Shown here piece by piece: positions 57,954 through 64,000 of a DNA stretch of 64,000 nt (positions within the stretch are counted from its first letter, which is position 1; each line of letters starts with the position of its first letter). A model generated the notes under the pieces. The model was not told where the DNA came from and searched no databases. It worked only from the letters and a program-made list of their open reading frames with translations. The position numbers were made by a program, and so were the translations under genes. This DNA comes from Vulcanimicrobiota bacterium (GTDB lineage Bacteria > Vulcanimicrobiota > Vulcanimicrobiia > Vulcanimicrobiales > Vulcanimicrobiaceae): contig CAWCIZ010000002.1 in the NCBI GenBank assembly GCA_963795855.1, forward strand, positions 344,342 to 408,341, given 5' to 3'.

Positions 57954-57985
57954 GCCGCCAGCTTTCCCAGCATGCGGTCTGCTAA

Positions 57986-58455
57986 TCACTCCAGCGGAGC
58001 GTTGTACTTCAAAAAGCGGCCTTCGCGCGTCCAGCCGGCGCGCTCGTACACGCGTTGCGCGACGGCGTTGTCTTGCGCAGTTTCCAGAAACATGCCGCAA
58101 GCGCCGGTCTCACGCGTATGTTCGAGCGCACGAGCCAGCAGCGCGGAGGCGATGCCGGCCTTGCGATGCCTCGCGTCGACGAACAAATCTTCGAGAATCC
58201 ACGACGGCGCAAGTTGCACGGTGGAGTACGTGGGAAACAGTTGCATAAATCCCGCGCCTTCGCCATCCACTTCGGCGATGTATATCTCCGAGGTGCCGTT
58301 GCGTAAATGCGATTCGATAAACGCGCGTTCGCGTCGCGCATCGGGCTCGCGGCGATAGAAAACGCGATAGGCCTGCACGAGCGGCAAAAGCGCGTCTACG
58401 TCTTCAATCGTTGCTTCTCGAATGGTCGTTTTCGCGATCGCGACGCTCCAGTCAT
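57986..58455 (-). CDS. GNAT-family N-acetyltransferase; start unresolved
   Basis: The acetyl-CoA motif ILEDLFVDARHRKAGIASALLARALE is present. There is no canonical in-frame start near the expected N-terminus (AIAKTTIREATIED). The ATG at 58455 is one frame off, which may reflect another indel. Confidence 0.75.
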
Positions 58456-58743
58456 CACAAATGTGAGTCGTGCAACACCTGTAAAACCACAGGTATGGCA
58501 CACGTGCAGTATAGCATAGACGCACTTCCAGGCCGGCCCTGCGCGCAGTGCCGCAATATGGTTGGGTCGGCCAAACGGGGGTTTCGCTCGCGGCGTTGCG
58601 TGCTGCCATTCGCTCACGGCAACATTTCGAGGATTAAACGGGGCTAGTAGGCGGCCAATGCGCGCGGGACGGCGCGGAAACTTGTAAAATGGCGCCGCGG
58701 ACGCACAGGACTGCTACCTGTCGCAGCCCAATAGTGAGGCCAC

Positions 58744-58817
58744 GCCGGCGTAGACTCAATTGGTAGAGTCCCGCATTTGTAATGCGGTTGTTATCGGTTC
58801 GAGTCCGATCGTCGGCT
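58744..58817 (+). tRNA. tRNA-Thr (anticodon TGT)
   Basis: GCCGGCG...CCGCA TTTGTAA TGCGG TTGTT ATCGG TTCGAGT CCGAT CGTCGGC T. No CCA end is encoded. Confidence 0.85.
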
Positions 58818-58843
58818 AGCGATTTGCGGAGGCATCGTTAAGC

Positions 58844-59281
58844 GTGCCTCCGCCTCATGAAACGGATATCATGCAACCAATCAATCCCAAATGGACGAAT
58901 TCCGGTCTCGTGCTCGTGTGCGAGCGCTGCTTCAAAGAGCGGATTCCCGAAGAAGATCCGGACAAAGCCGCGGAGATCGGTGATTTCCATTTGCGCGATT
59001 GGCTCAAGAAGCGTCTGAAAGAAGACGGCTACTGGGGCAAAGTCCGCGCCGTAAGCACGAGCTGTATGGACGTTTGCGCCCGACGCCGCGTAACGGTGGT
59101 CATCGATCCGAAGATCGAAGGCAAACGCGCGCAGGCGTACGTCGTCGACCCGGTTGCCGAGAAAGACGCGCTGTACGATCTGATCGTGCGACGCCTGGGC
59201 GATACGCGAAGCGACGAAACGACGATGGACCGTCCCGCTCCGGGATTCGAGCGCTACGAAGACGAGGTAACCGGCCGATAA
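58844..59281 (+). CDS. thioredoxin-like [2Fe-2S] ferredoxin-type protein (hypothetical)
   Basis: The Cys pattern is CERC ... CMDVC. The alternative start MQPINPKW is at 58871. Confidence 0.5.
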   Translation: MPPPHETDIMQPINPKWTNSGLVLVCERCFKERIPEEDPDKAAEIGDFHLRDWLKKRLKEDGYWGKVRAVSTSCMDVCARRRVTVVIDPKIEGKRAQAYVVDPVAEKDALYDLIVRRLGDTRSDETTMDRPAPGFERYEDEVTGR

Positions 59282-59291
59282 CCCTTTCAAG

Positions 59292-59783
59292 ATGCTGACG
59301 CCCGCACTTCTCTGCGCCGCGCTTCTTCTTCTCGGGTCCACCGCCGTCGCGGCGGATCCTCAGCGCCCAATTGCAGATGCGCCTGCAGGATGGAGCGCGC
59401 ACGACGGCGCCGGCGGACTGCACTATTTCACACCCCCCGGCGGATCCGACTCCGACGTTTACGAAGCGGTGTTCCCCACGCAAAAAATGAACGGCACGCT
59501 GGAACAAACCGCGGCGGGGATTTGGCGCGCCATCGTAGGCAACGAACGCATCGTCGATACGAAGTCGAAAGCTATCAGCGTACGCGACGGCGCGCCGGCG
59601 TACGAAGTGATCGTGGCCTCGCTGGATGCGCGAAATCTCAGTGTGTATCGCGTCTTCATCGTCAAGCAATACGGCCGCAGCGTCGCCGCCGGCGAGCTGC
59701 GATTCACCGACGTTCAGCGAATCGCAGACATCGGCGAAGCCGCGTTCGCATCGCTCGAAGGGATGTCCGTGCCGAGAAACTGA
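59292..59783 (+). CDS. secreted hypothetical protein
   Basis: 163 aa with the signal peptide MLTPALLCAALLLLGSTAVAA. Confidence 0.55.
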   Translation: MLTPALLCAALLLLGSTAVAADPQRPIADAPAGWSAHDGAGGLHYFTPPGGSDSDVYEAVFPTQKMNGTLEQTAAGIWRAIVGNERIVDTKSKAISVRDGAPAYEVIVASLDARNLSVYRVFIVKQYGRSVAAGELRFTDVQRIADIGEAAFASLEGMSVPRN

Positions 59784-59785
59784 AA

Positions 59786-59812
59786 GGGCGCCGAATCGGC
59801 GCCCTTCGTTTG
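59786..59812. terminator. hairpin terminator between convergent genes
   Basis: GGGCGCCG-aat-CGGCGCCC is followed by TTCGTTTGC on the plus strand and by TTTC on the minus strand. Confidence 0.6.
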
Positions 59813-59813
59813 C

Positions 59814-60461
59814 TTACGGGAGTTCGATCTCCGAGAGATTCTTTTCGATCTTCCGCTTCACGCGCTGCAGCGCGTTGTCGATCGACTTCACGTGCCGTCC
59901 CAAATCGCGCGCCATCTCCTGATAGCTCTTGCCTTCAAGGTAGGAGAGCAGCACTTGAGATTCGAGTTCCGACAGGTTCTCTTGGATGCGCTCCTTGATA
60001 TCCTGTGAAACTTCCTGGTTGATCACCAGTTCTTCCGGATCGGAAGTCTTCTGCGATGCCATCACGTCGAGCAGCGTGCGTTCGCTGTCTTCGTCGTAAA
60101 TCGGTTTGTTGAGCGAAATGTACTGGTTGAGCGGAATGTGTTTCTGACGCGTCGCCGTCTTAATCGCGGTGATGATCTGCCGCGTGATACAGAGTTCCGC
60201 AAATGCGCGGAAACTCGAAAGCTTGTCGGCTTTGAAATCGCGAACCGCTTTGTAGAGACCGATCATGCCTTCCTGGATGATGTCTTCGCGGTCGGCGCCG
60301 ATCAAAAAGTAACTCTTCGCCTTGATGCGGACGAAGTTTTTGTACTTGTTGAGCAGAAATTCCATTGCGAGATTGTCGCCCGATTTGGCGGTCGCAACTA
60401 AATCTTCGTCAGCCCGCTCGTGATAGTCGAGTCCATCCGACACAGGATGGGTCATTGCCAT
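59814..60461 (-). CDS. sigH: sigma-70-family sigma factor, SigH type
   Basis: AMEFLLNKYKNFVRIKAKSYFLIGADREDIIQEGMIGLYKAVRDF and the C-terminal SYQEMARDLGRHVKSIDNALQRVKRKI resemble Firmicutes SigH. It is noticeably AT-richer than its neighbours and holds the classical position after rlmB. Confidence 0.85.
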   Translation of the reverse strand: MAMTHPVSDGLDYHERADEDLVATAKSGDNLAMEFLLNKYKNFVRIKAKSYFLIGADREDIIQEGMIGLYKAVRDFKADKLSSFRAFAELCITRQIITAIKTATRQKHIPLNQYISLNKPIYDEDSERTLLDVMASQKTSDPEELVINQEVSQDIKERIQENLSELESQVLLSYLEGKSYQEMARDLGRHVKSIDNALQRVKRKIEKNLSEIELP

Positions 60462-60539
60462 GTCTTTTTCGCCCTCTGGGACACTATGCGCGCAAATCGC
60501 AGGCTCCGCGGAACCCGTCGAACGCGACACATCCCGAAC

Positions 60540-60568
60540 AGTATAGGAGGGACCTCCTTGCGCGTCAA
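60540..60568 (-). promoter_or_regulatory. near-consensus sigma-70 promoter of sigH
   Basis: The minus strand reads TTGACG-N17-TATACT. The spacer contains the palindrome AGGAGGtcCCTCCT. Confidence 0.5.
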
Positions 60569-60586
60569 GGACAAGAGAGGCAAGCC

Positions 60587-61356
60587 TTACGAAGCGTTTG
60601 CCGGCGCGCGTCGCTGGCGTACAGCTTCATACAAAAGAACGCCCGCTGCAACCGAGGCGTTGAGCGATCCGACGCGCCCCAACATTGGAATCCGAACCAG
60701 GTAGTCACACTCTCGCTTGACCAGATGCGACAGCCCAGGGCCTTCCGCGCCGATGACTACGGCTGAGATTTGTTGCGAAATCCGCCTGGGTAAAATCGAC
60801 GCTTTCCGGTCCTACGTCCGCTCCGGCGACCCAGATACCGGCTTTCTTGATTTTTCGAATCGCGTCCGCGACGTTGGACACGCGCGCGATGGGCAGATGA
60901 GCGGCCGCTCCCGCTGCCGCCTTTCGAACGGTCGCGTTGACGCCGGCGGCGCGGCGTTCCGGCAAGACGATCGCGTTCGCGCCTGCGCACTCCGCCGTGC
61001 GAATGATCGCGCCCGCGTTATGCGGATCGGTGATGTGGTCGAGCACTACGAGCAACGCCGGTTCCTCGCGCGGCGCGCCGAGCACTTCTTCCAACGTAAC
61101 GTACGGAAACGGCGCGCCGAACGCGACGATGCCCTGATTTGCTTTGTACGGAAATTGCGCGAAGTAGTTCCGGTTCTCGAAGCGCACGCGAACGTTTCGC
61201 TCGCCCGCGATCTCGAGGATTTTCCGCACGACCGGATCCCGTTTGCGTTCGTCGGCGACGTGCAGCGAGCGCAGTTCTTCACCCGCGCTCAGCGCTTCGT
61301 CGACCGCATGCAGACCGTAGATGACGTTGTCGAGATCTTAGCCGGCGACGGTCCAC
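60587..61356 (-). pseudogene. rlmB: 23S rRNA (guanosine-2'-O)-methyltransferase RlmB (SpoU/TrmH family), frame broken as assembled
   Basis: The body reads DLDNVIYGLHAVDEAL...HITDPHNAGAIIRTAE. After ...ATNL the conserved [45 protein letters not shown] continues in another frame to 60587. The likely GTG start at 61356 needs a second 1-nt correction. The span is 770 nt = 3n+2. Confidence 0.85.
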
Positions 61357-62769
61357 GTGGTGCCGTCCTTCGAATCTTTGAGCGCCACGCCGCATGCGGA
61401 AAGCGCGTCGCGCAGGCGATCCGATTCCGCCCAATTCTTCTCCTTGCGCGCCTGCGCGCGAGCCGCAATCACGCGTTCGACGGCTTCTTGCGCCGTCGCG
61501 CCGTTGAGCGGGAGCGGCGTCTGTCCGATCGAAGATTGAAGCCGCTCCAGAAAATCGGCCGGCAATTCCCGGCGCGGCGCTTGGAGCCACGCGTCGTTCG
61601 GCGTCAGACCCAGCACGTCGAGCCAATACGCGAATTCATGCGAAAGAGCCGCCGCGATACGAAAGCAGCTCGGATAGCGCGACCGCCGTGTTCATGTCGT
61701 CGTCGAGCGCCGCTTCCATCTTCGCACGCAGATCCCCAGTAGGCGCTTGCGCGGCTCCGTCATCCGGAGCGCCGGAATGCAGCGCGCGATACGTCTTCTT
61801 CAGATTTTCCAACGCGACTGCGGCGCCGGCGATCGATTCTTCGGTGAAGTTCATCACCTTGCGATAGCCCGTCTGCAGAAACCGCAGCCGGATCGCTTGC
61901 GGGTCGTGGCGATCGAGCAATTCGTAGAGCGGCTCGAAGTTGCCGAGCGATTTGCTCATCTTTTGGTTGTCGAACAGCAGCAACCCGCCGTGCATCCAAA
62001 AGTTCGCCATCGGCGGATGCCCCATCAGCGGCTCGCTTTGCGCGATTTCGTTTTCGTGATGCGGAAAGATCAAATCCGCGCCGCCGCCGTGAATGTCGAA
62101 TCCGGCGCCCTGCGGATCCAGCAGCTCGTGCGACATCGCCGAGCACTCGATGTGCCATCCCGGCCGCCCCTCGCCCCACGGCGACGGCCAAGTCGGCTCG
62201 CCCGGCTTTGCCAATTTCCACAGCGCGAAATCGAGCGGATCTTCCTTCGCCTCGTCGATTTCGATACGTGCGCCGGACTCCAGTTCCTCGATATTCCGGT
62301 TGGACAGCGCGCCATAGCGCGGGAACTGCGAGACGCGATAATACACGCCGTCTTTCGTTACGTACGCGTAGCCCTTTTCCATCAGCTCGCGTATCATTTC
62401 GACGATCTGCGGGACGAACTTCGTGGCGTACGGTTCGACGTCCGGCTCCCGAACGCCCAAGCGCTGCATCGAACGTTTGAACGAGGCGTAATACGCGCTC
62501 ACGATCTCGTACCAGTCTTCACCGGTCTCTTTCGCGCGGTTGATGCTGCGATCGTCGATGTCGGTAACGTTCTGCACGAAGGTCACGGCGTATCCCGCGT
62601 GCCGCAGATAGCGGCGTAACACGTCGAAAAAAAGAAACGATCGCGCGTGACCCAGATGCGCCTCCGCCGACGGCGTCAAGCCGCAGACGTACATCCGAAC
62701 GGTTCCCGCCTGCAGCGGAGCGAACGCCTCGACGCTGCGCGTGCGCGTATTGTAGATCGTCAAAGCCAT
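61338..62769 (-). pseudogene. cysS: cysteine--tRNA ligase, frame broken by one extra base as assembled
   Basis: The HIGH motif (AHLGHA) and the KMSKS motif lie in the 377-aa ORF. The conserved C-terminus (RIAAALSHEFAYWLDVLGLTP...ARKEKNWAESDRLRDALSACGVALKDSKDGTTW) continues in the 61338..61616 frame. The span is 1432 nt = 3n+1. Confidence 0.9.
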
Positions 62770-62776
62770 CGGAAGT

Positions 62777-63454
62777 CTAAATCACCCACGACCAGGCCGT
62801 GTCGCCCGTTTCCTCTTGCTCGATCTCGCGCAGCAGATCTTCCAATTGCGCCACGCGCCGCTGCAGTTTCGCGATTGCGTCGGCCGTCGGATCCGGCATG
62901 TCGACTTGGGGGCGATCCGGCACGGCACGAACCGGCACGCCGTTCTGCATAACGATGCGCGCCGGAACGCCGACGACCGTCGAGTTCGGCGGCACGTCTT
63001 TGACGACGACCGATCCGCCTCCGACCTTCGAATTCGCGCCGATGGTTATGGCACCGAGCACCGCGGAATTGACTCCGACTGTGACGTTGTTTTCCAGCGT
63101 CGGATGGCGTTTGCCGTGTGAAAGGCTCGTACCGCCGAGCGTCACGCCTTGATAGATCGTGCAGTCGTCGCCGACTATCGCGGTTTCACCGATGACGACG
63201 CCCATTCCGTGATCGATGAAGACGCCTTTGCCGATGATGGCGGCGGGATGAATTTCGATCCCCGTCAGAAAGCGATTCACGTTTGAAAGCCACCGTGGAA
63301 GCAGCGGGATGCGCGCACGATGGAGCGCATGAACGAACCGGTGCAGAAGAATCGCATGAAATCCGGGATAGGAAAGGACGACGTCCAGCCGGCCGCGCGC
63401 GGCAGGATCGCGTTCCAGCGGAGCGTCGAGGTCGGCGAGCAAGGTGCTAAACAT
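62777..63454 (-). CDS. cysE: serine O-acetyltransferase
   Basis: 225 aa with hexapeptide repeats and the IHPAAIIGKGVFIDHGMGVVIGETA motif. Confidence 0.92.
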   Translation of the reverse strand: MFSTLLADLDAPLERDPAARGRLDVVLSYPGFHAILLHRFVHALHRARIPLLPRWLSNVNRFLTGIEIHPAAIIGKGVFIDHGMGVVIGETAIVGDDCTIYQGVTLGGTSLSHGKRHPTLENNVTVGVNSAVLGAITIGANSKVGGGSVVVKDVPPNSTVVGVPARIVMQNGVPVRAVPDRPQVDMPDPTADAIAKLQRRVAQLEDLLREIEQEETGDTAWSWVI

Positions 63455-63480
63455 TCTTCATCCGCAACAGTGTATACGTT

Positions 63481-64000
63481 CTAGGCATCGGGATGTTTGC
63501 CGCGTATGGGTTCGAACGGCTTCCCGCCCGGCCCAAACCGGATCGGTTCCAATCCCCGGCCGTGGAGCAGTTGCGAGTTCACTGCGCCGATGCGTATGAG
63601 GATGCGGTCGTGTCCCAACAGCGCAAACAGCAGTTCCAGCGGCGGCCCGTCCGCCTTTCCGGTCAGCGCCATGCGGACGGCGTAGCGCGCGTCGTCCTCG
63701 CTAATCCCGAATTCGGCTGCCATTTCCGCCAGATCGTGCTCCAAGGGTAACCCGCGCAACTCCGTTTGACTATCCACGTACTGCCCTACCGTGTCTAGGA
63801 AAAACAGTACCTCTCGCGTTCGCAGGCGTTCCAGTTCGAGCGCCGGTACGATGCACGATTCGGCGCGCAAATCCGCAACGATCGGTCGAGCGTCGTCGAT
63901 CTGCCCGAGGCTGCCGCCGAATGCCTCCAGGAACGTGTCGACCCAGCGCAGGGCGGCCGGGGGGGCGGGTTCTTCCAAAAATCCCCACCGCTGCATCGCT
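63481..64000 (-). CDS. gltX: glutamate--tRNA ligase, 3' part (5' end beyond the right window edge)
   Basis: C-terminal anticodon-binding-type sequence (ARYAVRMALTGKADGPPLELLFALLG). The frame is open to the window edge. This matches gltX-cysE-cysS synteny. Confidence 0.8.
   Translation of the reverse strand, partial: AMQRWGFLEEPAPPAALRWVDTFLEAFGGSLGQIDDARPIVADLRAESCIVPALELERLRTREVLFFLDTVGQYVDSQTELRGLPLEHDLAEMAAEFGISEDDARYAVRMALTGKADGPPLELLFALLGHDRILIRIGAVNSQLLHGRGLEPIRFGPGGKPFEPIRGKHPDA

Noticed and set aside
63455-63480. A T-box leader upstream of cysE-cysS, as in Bacillus.
   Set aside because: The gltX-cysE gap is only 26 nt and the cysE-cysS gap only 7 nt, which leaves no room for a T-box of about 200 nt.

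Overview
GC-rich bacterial chromosomal window, about 85% of genes on the minus strand, with Firmicutes/Terrabacteria-like gene order. No transposase, integrase, CRISPR array, rRNA or recognisable defence gene was seen. This looks like core chromosome, not an accessory island.

Content, left to right:
- (1) A fla/che-type flagellar operon: flgE (partial), flgD, fliK, fliJ, fliI, fliH, fliG, fliF. A chorismate-utilising enzyme pair (trpE/pabB plus trpG/pabA) is embedded inside it.
- (2) purA, a GH125 glycosidase gene, hpt and a two-component system.
- (3) An FNT channel gene and an RND-padR efflux unit with a striking AT-rich palindromic operator candidate.
- (4) An ECF sigma gene, recX, recA, ftsY and an aldo/keto reductase gene.
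- (5) A second motility block: flhB-C-like, fliK-like, fliA, cheB, cheR.
- (6) Housekeeping and stress genes: CBS protein, PAS-PP2C phosphatase, ppa, crp-family regulator, membrane pyrophosphatase hppA, M48 peptidase and a LemA-TPM-TPM unit.
- (7) rplL, rplJ / rplA, rplK, nusG, secE, tRNA-Trp, rpmG, with two opposite-strand genes splitting the ribosomal-protein operon.
- (8) A tRNA-Tyr/Gly/Thr cluster, two GT4 glycosyltransferases and an fRMsr-hemerythrin fusion.
- (9) sigH, rlmB, cysS, cysE and gltX (partial).

Three things stand out:
- (a) At least 20 single-base reading-frame breaks, including in essential or near-universal genes (cysS, rplK, purA). I read these as assembly or consensus indels unless read data show otherwise.
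- (b) A family of structured intergenic repeats of about 135 nt, at two loci, with compensatory stem changes between the loci.
- (c) 2.3 tandem copies of a hairpin-rich unit of about 105 nt in the rplL 3' region.
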